DNA of 64,000 bases from Flavobacteriales bacterium. Its GTDB lineage: Bacteria; Bacteroidota; Bacteroidia; Flavobacteriales; BACL11. The position numbers were made by a program, and so were the translations under genes. The stretch lies in assembly GCA_018647945.1 (NCBI GenBank), contig JABGSE010000024.1:18016-82015 (forward strand). Reading direction: 5' to 3'. Numbering within the stretch: the first letter of the stretch is position 1; each line of letters opens with the position of its first letter. The notes beneath the pieces are model-generated. The model did no database searches and was not told the origin of the DNA. It was given only the letters and a program-made list of their open reading frames with translations. This document shows positions 40,470-48,600 of this stretch, one piece after another.

Positions 40470-42320
40470 ATGCGAAAATTTCTTATAATATTTCTATCTT
40501 TCTTCATTGGCATTACTCAACATGTTTATTCTCAATGTACTGTAACTGTTGATATTGCTAATTTGCAGCATATTAATTGTCCAAATGGTGGAGCGGTAGG
40601 CGGTGCGAGTATAATACAAGCAAGTTATATAAATTATTCTTGGCAAAATATAACCAATGGACAGCTTTATAATGGAGGGGGAGGTTATGGAGGAACTATA
40701 AGAACAGATTTAGATGCTGGATTATATGTCATTACGGCAAGTAGTCCATATTCTTCCTCTTGTCCTTCTACTATTTATTCTGATACTTTTGAGATTTTAG
40801 AAGCTGAACCAGCTTTTCAGTTTAATCCCACTCAGGCTTGCCCATCCCTTTGTAATGTATTGGTGACAGCCTCTATGCAAGTTGCTATACCTAGTGTGAG
40901 TTATACTTATCAATTTGATGCTAATCCGATAGTTAGTCTGCCAAATAGTTTAACGAATCAATGTGGAGGTTTACATACTTATGAGATATTTGCTAATAGT
41001 ATTTCATGTGGGATAGAAAATATAGGTATAAGTCAGTTTGCGCAAATGAACTTATCTACTTCAGTTATAAATGCTACTTGTACACAACAAGGTTCAGCAA
41101 CAGTAAGCATTACAGGAGTTGGTGCTTCAGCAATATCAACCTATTGCGCTTCTACACCACAATATAATACTTACACAACTATTGATAATATTGTGTTGGT
41201 AGGGGATAATACTACTATATCAAATAATACATCAAGTATTTGTGATACTTATCAGGATTATACCGCTCAGTCTGCTGATGTAACCCCAGGAAGTTCATAT
41301 AATTTGAATGTAGATTTAGGCACATGTCAGACGGGTGGTTTGGCTATGGTAGATATAGCTAATATATATGTTGACTGGAATATAGATGGCGATTTTAATG
41401 ATTTAAATGAATGGGTAGGACAAGTAAGTCCAACTCAAAGCCCTTCAACGCATACTATTTTAATTACTGTTCCAATTGGAGCGATACCTGGACAAAGCAG
41501 AATGAGAATTGTTGCTCAAAACAATCAGTATCAACCCACCAATCAAGCATTGCCTTGTGATGTAAATACAGCTTGGTTTGGATCTACTGAGGACTACACC
41601 TTAGTTGTAAGCGGTTCAGTAGCAACACCAGTAACTTATTTATGGTCAGATGGGCAAACTACAGCAACAGCTAATAATCTAAGTTCTGGAACCTATACAG
41701 TTACAATTACTGATGCAAACGGATGTTCTGCAACTGAAACAGCAATAATTAATGGTTTAGGAAATGTTTCGGTTTATGCAGGATCAGATCAAACAATTTG
41801 TAATGGTGGAATTCCTAATAATTTAATTGCAAATTCAACTGGGAATATTAGTGGAACATATAATTGGCAGCCTGCTACAGATTTTATAAATTCAAATGTA
41901 CAAAATCCTGTATTTTCAAACGGATTAACTACAACTACAACTTATACGGTAACTTTTACAGATTTAGTTAGTGGCTGTATAGGTACAGATATTGTTACCA
42001 TTACTGTTAACCCTATTCCAACAGCAACGCTTTCTGTAAGTCCAAACCCTGCTTGTGTTGGTGAAAATATTTTACTTACTGCGACTGCTTCCATTCCGGT
42101 AAATCAATTCAGATTTCAATATAACAATGGAGGAGGTTGGATTAATATGACAAATCCCCCAATGGGAAATAGTAATCCGATTACATATAATAACATAATA
42201 AATACAACTCAATTTAGAGTAAGAGTACGAGAAGATACTGGTTGTGGTACTGGTCCTTGGTCACCTATAATTACGGTGCCAATATCAATTATTGCAACTC
42301 AACCAATAAATCATAATTAA
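40470..42320 (+). CDS. secreted modular surface protein: SprB-like Cys repeats, GEVED-like domain, PKD-like/Ig-like modules; no recognisable T9SS CTD
   Basis: Signal peptide MRKFLIIFLSFFIGITQHVYSQ. GEVED-like region at aa ~225-380 (nt ~41142-41609) ends AWFGSTEDYTLVV. YLWSDGQTTATANNLSSGTYTVTITDANGC is an SprB-like repeat. AGSDQTICNGG...YTVTFTD...VTITVNPIP is a PKD-like module. The protein ends IIATQPINHN. Confidence 0.6.
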   Translation: MRKFLIIFLSFFIGITQHVYSQCTVTVDIANLQHINCPNGGAVGGASIIQASYINYSWQNITNGQLYNGGGGYGGTIRTDLDAGLYVITASSPYSSSCPSTIYSDTFEILEAEPAFQFNPTQACPSLCNVLVTASMQVAIPSVSYTYQFDANPIVSLPNSLTNQCGGLHTYEIFANSISCGIENIGISQFAQMNLSTSVINATCTQQGSATVSITGVGASAISTYCASTPQYNTYTTIDNIVLVGDNTTISNNTSSICDTYQDYTAQSADVTPGSSYNLNVDLGTCQTGGLAMVDIANIYVDWNIDGDFNDLNEWVGQVSPTQSPSTHTILITVPIGAIPGQSRMRIVAQNNQYQPTNQALPCDVNTAWFGSTEDYTLVVSGSVATPVTYLWSDGQTTATANNLSSGTYTVTITDANGCSATETAIINGLGNVSVYAGSDQTICNGGIPNNLIANSTGNISGTYNWQPATDFINSNVQNPVFSNGLTTTTTYTVTFTDLVSGCIGTDIVTITVNPIPTATLSVSPNPACVGENILLTATASIPVNQFRFQYNNGGGWINMTNPPMGNSNPITYNNIINTTQFRVRVREDTGCGTGPWSPIITVPISIIATQPINHN

Positions 42321-42352
42321 AAATAAATATTAATCAATTAAATGTTAAGGTC

Positions 42353-43243
42353 ATGAAAACAAAAAACAAATTATTAAACAGAATATTCTTAGGAATATTC
42401 CTGCTGACATCTAGTGTGATGTTTGCTCAAACAAACACATCCCAGCTTCAAACGGTATGTGTAGGTTCTCTAGCAGAACCGTATTTAATTAACCCTCCGA
42501 CTCCAGGTTCTACTTATCAGTGGACTCTTTTTTCAGGAGGTACAATTGCAAGTGGTCAAGGGACATCTTCTATAACAGTAGATTGGGGAATGATCCCAGG
42601 AGGTCCTCACATTCTGGAAGTTGTAGAAACAGATGCAAGCAATTGTGTTGGTATGCCAATTACTGTTGATGTTACGCTAACTTTAGCTGCTGTTGCAAGT
42701 GCTGGAGCAGATGATAATGTTTGTGAAGGATCAACTTATACATTAGGTGGCACCTCTGCTTCTAATTATTCTGCAATTAGTTGGACAACTTCAGGTACAG
42801 GATCGTTTAATCCAACAAATACATTAACACCAACATACACACCATCAGCTGCTGATATTGCTGCTGGTAATGTACTATTAACATTAACAGCCACCGGTAA
42901 TAGTCCTTGTAGTGATGCAACAAGTAATATGGTATTAACTATTATTCCTGCAGCTACAGCTAATGCGGGTAATCCAGACAATATTTGTGAAGGATCAACT
43001 TATACATTATCAGGTACTGCTTCTAATAATATAGGAGTTAGTTGGACAACTTCAGGTACAGGAACATTTAGTGGTGGATCTTCATTAACACCAATATACA
43101 CACCATCAGCTGCTGATATTGCTGCTGGTAATGTAACATTAACATTGACAGCAACTGGTAATAGTCCTTGTAGTGATGCAACAAGTAGTATTCTATTAAC
43201 TATTGACCCATCACCGATAACAGGACCAATTAATCACTGGTAA
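42353..43243 (+). CDS. secreted repeat protein with PKD-like modules; no recognisable T9SS CTD
   Basis: Signal peptide ending VMFAQ. N-terminal module VCVGSLAEPY...GSTYQWTL...GQGTSSITVDW...ETDASNCVG. Two tandem 88/87-aa repeats (xICEGSTYTL...SWTTSGTG.F...YTPSAADIAAGNV.LTLTATGNSPCSDATS). The protein ends ITGPINHW. Confidence 0.55.
   Translation: MKTKNKLLNRIFLGIFLLTSSVMFAQTNTSQLQTVCVGSLAEPYLINPPTPGSTYQWTLFSGGTIASGQGTSSITVDWGMIPGGPHILEVVETDASNCVGMPITVDVTLTLAAVASAGADDNVCEGSTYTLGGTSASNYSAISWTTSGTGSFNPTNTLTPTYTPSAADIAAGNVLLTLTATGNSPCSDATSNMVLTIIPAATANAGNPDNICEGSTYTLSGTASNNIGVSWTTSGTGTFSGGSSLTPIYTPSAADIAAGNVTLTLTATGNSPCSDATSSILLTIDPSPITGPINHW
42701..43225 (+). repeat. in-frame tandem duplication (264 nt + about 261 nt) inside the 296-aa surface protein gene
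   Basis: Copy 1 is 42701..42964 and copy 2 starts at 42965. Blocks of perfect nucleotide identity (tgtgaaggatcaacttatacatta; agttggacaacttcaggtacagga; tacacaccatcagctgctgatattgctgctggtaatgta; ggtaatagtccttgtagtgatgcaacaagta) are separated by diverged blocks. Confidence 0.85.
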
Positions 43244-43248
43244 TAAAT

Positions 43249-44529
43249 TTGAAGAAACTAAAATACATATTATTCCTATTCTTGTTGCAGATAAATTTAT
43301 CTGCTCAGAATGTAATTCATCTTTGTGAAGGAGATATTGCAGAAAATTTTGCGGTTTCGCTTACTAATGGTTCTACTTATAATTGGACTATAAACGGACC
43401 TTCAAATATTGCAAATATCACTTCTGGAAACGGAACAGAACACATCCTACTTGACCTTAACAATACGGGTGTGTTCTGGCTCCATATTCTGGAAACAGAT
43501 GCTAATTTGTGCATTGGAGAAGATAGTATTTTAGTAGAAGTTCACCCTAATCCAAATCCGATAATTTATGTAGATGGAAATGTATTTTTCTGTGAAGGAA
43601 ATTTTGTGACCTTAATTTCTGATTCAGTTTATACAAATATGTTGTGGAATAATGGACAAACAACCTCTACTGCTATTGCAGACACGACCGGATTGTATTT
43701 TGTGAATGTAACAGATTCAATCGGATGTACAAGTATATCAAACGGTATTGATGTTGTTACATACCCGAAACCTGTTGCTGATTTCTGGATTGATGGAGTT
43801 TGTTTTGAAATCGAAACTAATCTGATTGACATCTCACTTATTGAAAGTGGGAATATTGTAAGTTGGATTTGGAATTTAGGGGATGGAAGTTATCATTCAG
43901 GACCTAATATTTCTCATATGTATTCAGATGCAGATATTTATGATGTTACATTGAAAGTAGTTTCTGATTTTGGATGCTCGGATTCTATCACAAAGAGTTT
44001 GGAGATTTTTTATATTCCGGATGCACAATTTGAATTTAATCCACATACTCCTTCTATTTTAAATCCGGAAGTTAATTTTAATAATACTACATCTGATGTT
44101 TCTTCCTTCTTTTGGAATTTTGATGATGGAACAGATACTACAATTGAGAATCCGATACATGTATTTTCGGACCCAGGAATGTATGATGTAATGCTAACTG
44201 TAATGGATGATAATAATTGTATTGATTCCGTTTCTCATATTATTAAAGTGATGTACGATTTTATCTTATATATTCCTAATACTTTTACTCCTGATGGAGA
44301 TGGAAAGAATGAACTATTTATACCGAAAGGTTTCAGGATGGGAAAATATGAATCTTATCAATTTATTATCTATGATCGTTGGGGAACAGAAGTCTTTAGT
44401 ACAGATAAAGTCGTAGAAGGTTGGAATGGATCAAATGCAATTTCAGGAAAATATGCTTGGGCAATTATTATTACTGATGAAATGGGAGCTCAACAAAAAA
44501 GAGTTGGAGATGTATTGCTTATTAAGTAG
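43249..44529 (+). CDS. secreted PKD-domain protein with T9SS type B (gliding-motility-associated) C-terminal sorting domain
   Basis: TTG start and a signal peptide. The N-terminal module is homologous to that of the preceding gene (LCEGDIAENF...GSTYNWTI...GNGTEHILLDL...ETDANLCIG). Two PKD domains (WNLGDGSYH...YDVTLKVVSDFGC; WNFDDGTDT...YDVMLTVMDDNNC). The C-terminal PNTFTPDGDGKNELFIP...YQFIIYDRWGTEVF...GWNG is a type B CTD signature (nt ~44260-44526). Confidence 0.75.
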   Translation: MKKLKYILFLFLLQINLSAQNVIHLCEGDIAENFAVSLTNGSTYNWTINGPSNIANITSGNGTEHILLDLNNTGVFWLHILETDANLCIGEDSILVEVHPNPNPIIYVDGNVFFCEGNFVTLISDSVYTNMLWNNGQTTSTAIADTTGLYFVNVTDSIGCTSISNGIDVVTYPKPVADFWIDGVCFEIETNLIDISLIESGNIVSWIWNLGDGSYHSGPNISHMYSDADIYDVTLKVVSDFGCSDSITKSLEIFYIPDAQFEFNPHTPSILNPEVNFNNTTSDVSSFFWNFDDGTDTTIENPIHVFSDPGMYDVMLTVMDDNNCIDSVSHIIKVMYDFILYIPNTFTPDGDGKNELFIPKGFRMGKYESYQFIIYDRWGTEVFSTDKVVEGWNGSNAISGKYAWAIIITDEMGAQQKRVGDVLLIK

Positions 44530-45159
44530 TTAATTTTTATATCTAAAATGTTTGTAAATAGGGTAGTCAAAAAGGCAATCCTCTAAGTTTTGTCCACAAC
44601 AAATATTATGAACCATAAGAGGTGTACCCTTTTCACTCTTAAGGTGAGTAACAAGGCCAATATGGTCTGTTATTCCACCTAATTTCCAATATACAATATC
44701 ACCTGGCAGATAGTCATTCGGATTATTTGTCACTTCCAATACTTTACCATATTTAGTAAAAAACCGTGATAAATTAGGAACTCTTCTGTGATCAATATTA
44801 TGGTCTGCTCTGTCAATATTGGGGTATCTACTTGGGTTCTGTTTAATCTCTTCATGAAGTTCTTTCTGCAGGTCAATCCCCATTATTCTGTACGATCTAA
44901 TTATTACATCTGAACAAACTCCCGTAAGAGCTGGGACATCTCCCATTGGATAATCAATATTTACCCAATCTGGAGTGTAAACAATATTATTATTTACTAT
45001 TGATATGGCAGCTACGCTCAAACTATCGGAAAATTCTTGAGGGATGAAAATAACTTCTTCTACTATTTTTTTGGTTGAGGTATTTTGTATTTCTTGCCCT
45101 TCAGTAGTGCAATTTGTTAAAACAGAAAGAAGAAATAAGGAGTTTAATAAAAGTTTCAT
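44530..45159 (-). CDS. DUF1287 domain lipoprotein
   Basis: Lipoprotein-like signal (LTNCT). YPMGDVPALTGVCSDVIIRSYRIMGIDLQKELHEE, NIDHRRVPNL and PGDIVYW...DHIGLV match DUF1287. Confidence 0.75.
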   Translation of the reverse strand: MKLLLNSLFLLSVLTNCTTEGQEIQNTSTKKIVEEVIFIPQEFSDSLSVAAISIVNNNIVYTPDWVNIDYPMGDVPALTGVCSDVIIRSYRIMGIDLQKELHEEIKQNPSRYPNIDRADHNIDHRRVPNLSRFFTKYGKVLEVTNNPNDYLPGDIVYWKLGGITDHIGLVTHLKSEKGTPLMVHNICCGQNLEDCLFDYPIYKHFRYKN

Positions 45160-45264
45160 TAGATAATATTTTGATACCTTAATAAAACGAGAATGTAATG
45201 AAATTTCTTATTATTCACCATACTACTCATCATTTCAATCAATTTAATTTGTTAGATTTGCGCT

Positions 45265-45405
45265 ATGAAAAATTACAATATGATTTTTGTATCAATGGGT
45301 AGATGGATAAATTTCAACTTTTTTGGTAACTCCTCAAAAAATCCAATTTTAAGTGTACTTGGATGGATTCTCTTTTTCGTTTGTCTTTGGTGGTTAAACC
45401 AATAA
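45265..45405 (+). CDS. possible 46-aa small membrane protein (below the ORF-track cutoff)
   Basis: My translation is MKNYNMIFVSMGRWINFNFFGNSSKNPILSVLGWILFFVCLWWLNQ-stop. TAGATTTG (TAnnTTTG) lies at 45253..45260, just upstream. It sits in a 272-nt gap between two minus-strand genes. Confidence 0.25.
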   Translation: MKNYNMIFVSMGRWINFNFFGNSSKNPILSVLGWILFFVCLWWLNQ

Positions 45406-45431
45406 GATCAACCTAAAATACCCCCACTAAT

Positions 45432-46070
45432 CTACCTCAAATCAATTACTTCAATATCTGGGTAGTCAGATTTTGTAAATTTAAAAGTATCGTCCGTAAG
45501 AGAGGAATTTGAAGTAAATTTTGTAATGGTATATGTTGTTACTCCACCATCTTTATCGTGTAATTGAATTACTGATAACTCAGTTTTTTCTGCATCAATA
45601 ATAAGCACTACTTTACTGATTGTTCCACTTTCGTTGGGATACAAATTAATAGAATGCATTCTTTTTCCTTCTACCGATTCCGCTCCATTGTACTCGTATT
45701 TGTATCCACTTTCGTAAATGGTAAATATTTTGGAAGGATTCATTTCATCTTCAGGGTCATTATCCATTATCTGAACTTCTAGTACATCCTTCATTACATA
45801 CCAAAGTGTTCTCCCATTATTGATAATTGATAGGTCGGATGAAATATCGAGTTTGTACATTTCTCCTTTAATCCATATTTTTCCTTCAGAATTTTCATCT
45901 ATTCCTTGTGTTGTGTTGCTAAAGTTTAAAGAGAATTCTGCCGTAATATCGCTGTATACTTTTCCTTGATCGGATAGCTTATCGAGTATTTGTTTTGCTA
46001 CTTCATCTTGAGAGAAAACAGTACTTGCTGATAATAAAAGTGATACAAAAAGGATTGATAATTTATTCAT
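45432..46070 (-). CDS. lolA: LolA-like outer-membrane lipoprotein carrier protein
   Basis: Signal peptide and ~210 aa LolA-like length and pattern. Immediately downstream of ftsK with an 8-nt overlap, the conserved Bacteroidota arrangement. Confidence 0.7.
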   Translation of the reverse strand: MNKLSILFVSLLLSASTVFSQDEVAKQILDKLSDQGKVYSDITAEFSLNFSNTTQGIDENSEGKIWIKGEMYKLDISSDLSIINNGRTLWYVMKDVLEVQIMDNDPEDEMNPSKIFTIYESGYKYEYNGAESVEGKRMHSINLYPNESGTISKVVLIIDAEKTELSVIQLHDKDGGVTTYTITKFTSNSSLTDDTFKFTKSDYPDIEVIDLR

Positions 46071-48441
46071 TATTGTTTAAGGTATTTAATAGTTCTTCTA
46101 GTTCAAAATCATTTTTAATCAGTACTTGCCGGGCCTTACTTCCCTCAAAAGGGCCAACCACTCCTGCAGCTTCCAATTCGTCAATAATTCTTCCTGCTCT
46201 GTTGTATCCAATTTTCATTCTTCTCTGTATTGATGAGGTAGATCCACTTTGCTGATTGACAACTAAACGGGCCGCATCATCAAATAGTACATCTCTATCA
46301 TCTAAATTTGCACTACTACCTGTTCCTTCTGTATCTCCTACATATTCTGGTAATAAATAAGCTTCTGGGTACGCTCTTTGGCTCCCAATAAAATCACAGA
46401 TTTTCTCTACTTCTGGTGTGTCGATAAAAGCACATTGTACTCTTGTCAAATCTTTTCCAGTAGAAATTAGCATATCTCCCATACCAATTAGTTGTTCGGC
46501 CCCTTTACTGTCCATTATGGTTCTGGAATCTGTAGAAGAAGTAACACGGAAAGCTGCCCTTGCAGGGAAGTTTGCTTTTATCAATCCAGTAATTACATTT
46601 ACGGATGGTCGCTGTGTAGCAACAATAAGGTGAATGCCAATAGCTCTGGCAAGTTGTGCAAGGCGTGCAATAGGAGTTTCAATCTCTTTTCCTGCAGTCA
46701 TAATCAAATCGGCAAACTCATCAATTACCAATATAATGTAAGGTAAATATCGGTGGCCATCATTCGGATTTAGTTTTCTGGCAATAAACTTTTCATTGTA
46801 CTCTTTTAAGTTACGGCACATTGCAAGTTTAAGTAAGTCATATCTTTGATCCATTTCAATGCAAAGAGAGTTTACTGTATTTACTACCTTTTTGGTGTCT
46901 GTAATAATAGCTTCATCTGTATCGGGTAGTTTTGCCAAAAAGTGTCTTTCAATCTTATTGAAAAGGGTAAGCTCTACTTTTTTAGGATCTACCAAAACAA
47001 ATTTAATTTGAGAGGGATGTTTCTTATAAAGTAAAGAAGCAAGTATAACATTTAGTCCTACCGATTTTCCTTGTCCTGTAGCTCCAGCCATAAGTAGGTG
47101 AGGCATCTTGGCCAAATCAACTATAAATGTTTCGTTCGATATGGTTTTACCAAATGCAATCGGTAAGTCCATTTTACTATTCTGAAATTTCTCTGATTTA
47201 AACACAGTGCTCATAGAAACAGTTGTTGGATTTTGGTTTGGAACTTCAATCCCAATTGTTCCTCTTCCAGGAATTGGTGCAATTATTCTTATTCCTTCCG
47301 CTGCCAAACTAAGAGCTATGTCATCTTCTAAATTTTTAATTTTGGCAATTCTAATACCAGCTTCTGGTACTATTTCATACAAAGTAATAGTAGGTCCAAT
47401 AGTTGCCGAAATAGATGCAATCCCAATTTTATAATTTGCAAGTGTATCTACAATTCTTTGTTTGTTTTCTTCTAGCTCGTCTTTGTTTATGTTTATCTCT
47501 CCACTACCATAATCATTTAGCAAATCTATGGTAGGGAATTTGTAAGAAGATAAATCTAAGGTAGGGTCGTAATCTCCTAATTCTTTTAGTTTCTTTTGTA
47601 TTTCAGTTTCTTCTAATTCCTGTTCTTCAACAGTTTCTACAATGTTAATGTCCAAATTATCTTCTGTTTCTTTTTTTGTTGGAGGAGTAGTTTCAGTAAT
47701 TTTATCTTGTTTTACTTCTTCCTCAACAATAGTATTACTTTCTTCTTGTTCTTCTGTAGTTTCTAAAGGTGTTGGTTCTGTAGCGGTGGTTGGAATAGGA
47801 TTTATTGTAATGTTGTTATCTTCACTTTCTTGTTTTTTAGGTTTTAATTTGTTGACGAAATTTTTTATTTTTTCTGGAGTAATATTAAATTTCAGAGTGA
47901 TGAAAATTAAAAATGTAAAAGTTAAAAGTAAAGTGGTTCCAGCTTCACCTAATAAATCTTCTAAATATTCATTTGTAAAGTGTCCAATTCCACCATAAAA
48001 ATTGTCGTTATTACTGATAATATGAGAAAGGAAAATAGGAAGCCAAATTAATCCCCAAATACTGTGTCGGATGTATTTTGAAAGCGAATAAATTATATAT
48101 CCCAACAATTGCACTCCCGAAAGTAGAAAGAAAAATGCTATAAAATATGCCGAAATTCCAAACCAAATATAAATAAATTGATGCGATAGTAATGCTCCAA
48201 TTTTACCTAGTGAATTTTCAGCTTTGTTGTCATTTTTAAAGGCTTCAATCCATCCGTTTTCTACAAGCGTTTGGTCTGTGTTTCCATTAAAAAAATGTGA
48301 AGTAAACGCAATAATACAATAGAGGGAAAATAGGACAAAAATAAACCCGAAAACCTTTTGATTGTTCTCATTCTTAAAGAATGAAATAAAATTTCCGAAT
48401 GAATTTTTAAGTGTATTTTGTTTCTTAATTCTCTTAGCCAT
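46063..48441 (-). CDS. ftsK: DNA translocase FtsK/SpoIIIE
   Basis: N-terminal TM domain, acidic Thr/Glu linker, motor domain with Walker A HLLMAGATGQGKSV and Walker B ILVIDEFADL, and a gamma-domain winged helix at the C-terminus. Confidence 0.95.
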   Translation of the reverse strand: MAKRIKKQNTLKNSFGNFISFFKNENNQKVFGFIFVLFSLYCIIAFTSHFFNGNTDQTLVENGWIEAFKNDNKAENSLGKIGALLSHQFIYIWFGISAYFIAFFFLLSGVQLLGYIIYSLSKYIRHSIWGLIWLPIFLSHIISNNDNFYGGIGHFTNEYLEDLLGEAGTTLLLTFTFLIFITLKFNITPEKIKNFVNKLKPKKQESEDNNITINPIPTTATEPTPLETTEEQEESNTIVEEEVKQDKITETTPPTKKETEDNLDINIVETVEEQELEETEIQKKLKELGDYDPTLDLSSYKFPTIDLLNDYGSGEININKDELEENKQRIVDTLANYKIGIASISATIGPTITLYEIVPEAGIRIAKIKNLEDDIALSLAAEGIRIIAPIPGRGTIGIEVPNQNPTTVSMSTVFKSEKFQNSKMDLPIAFGKTISNETFIVDLAKMPHLLMAGATGQGKSVGLNVILASLLYKKHPSQIKFVLVDPKKVELTLFNKIERHFLAKLPDTDEAIITDTKKVVNTVNSLCIEMDQRYDLLKLAMCRNLKEYNEKFIARKLNPNDGHRYLPYIILVIDEFADLIMTAGKEIETPIARLAQLARAIGIHLIVATQRPSVNVITGLIKANFPARAAFRVTSSTDSRTIMDSKGAEQLIGMGDMLISTGKDLTRVQCAFIDTPEVEKICDFIGSQRAYPEAYLLPEYVGDTEGTGSSANLDDRDVLFDDAARLVVNQQSGSTSSIQRRMKIGYNRAGRIIDELEAAGVVGPFEGSKARQVLIKNDFELEELLNTLNNNE

Positions 48442-48584
48442 AATTTCATCAAAAGTACAAATACTATTTTTATAAATTCTTTTTTTTTATCATAGATATA
48501 TTAGCGGTAATTTGTTAATAAATATACCTCTTCTCATTCCGAAAAAAGACATTTAATAAAGTAGATAGAAACAATACTAATACT

Positions 48585-48592
48585 TAAGTTTG
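48585..48592 (+). promoter_or_regulatory. candidate -7 promoter element (TAnnTTTG) for the amidinotransferase-argS gene string
   Basis: TAAGTTTG lies 9 nt upstream of the ATG at 48601. Confidence 0.35.
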
Positions 48593-48600
48593 CAAATATT

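Noticed and set aside
42766-42981. Minus-strand 71-aa ORF inside the tandem repeat of the surface protein gene
   Set aside because: It is an antisense shadow of a Thr/Ala/Gly-rich coding repeat, with no independent start context.
42701-43225. Whether the two near-identical repeats are a template/variable pair of a diversity-generating retroelement
   Set aside because: No reverse transcriptase gene is in the window. The differences between the copies are clustered multi-base substitutions and an indel, not adenine-specific changes. Both copies are in-frame parts of one ORF.
40114-45431. Whether the surface-protein locus is a mobile genomic island
   Set aside because: I could recognise no integrase, transposase, tRNA target or flanking direct or inverted repeats by eye. 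The only hint of rearrangement is the putative DUF502 relic. I treat the region as an accessory locus, not as a mobile element.
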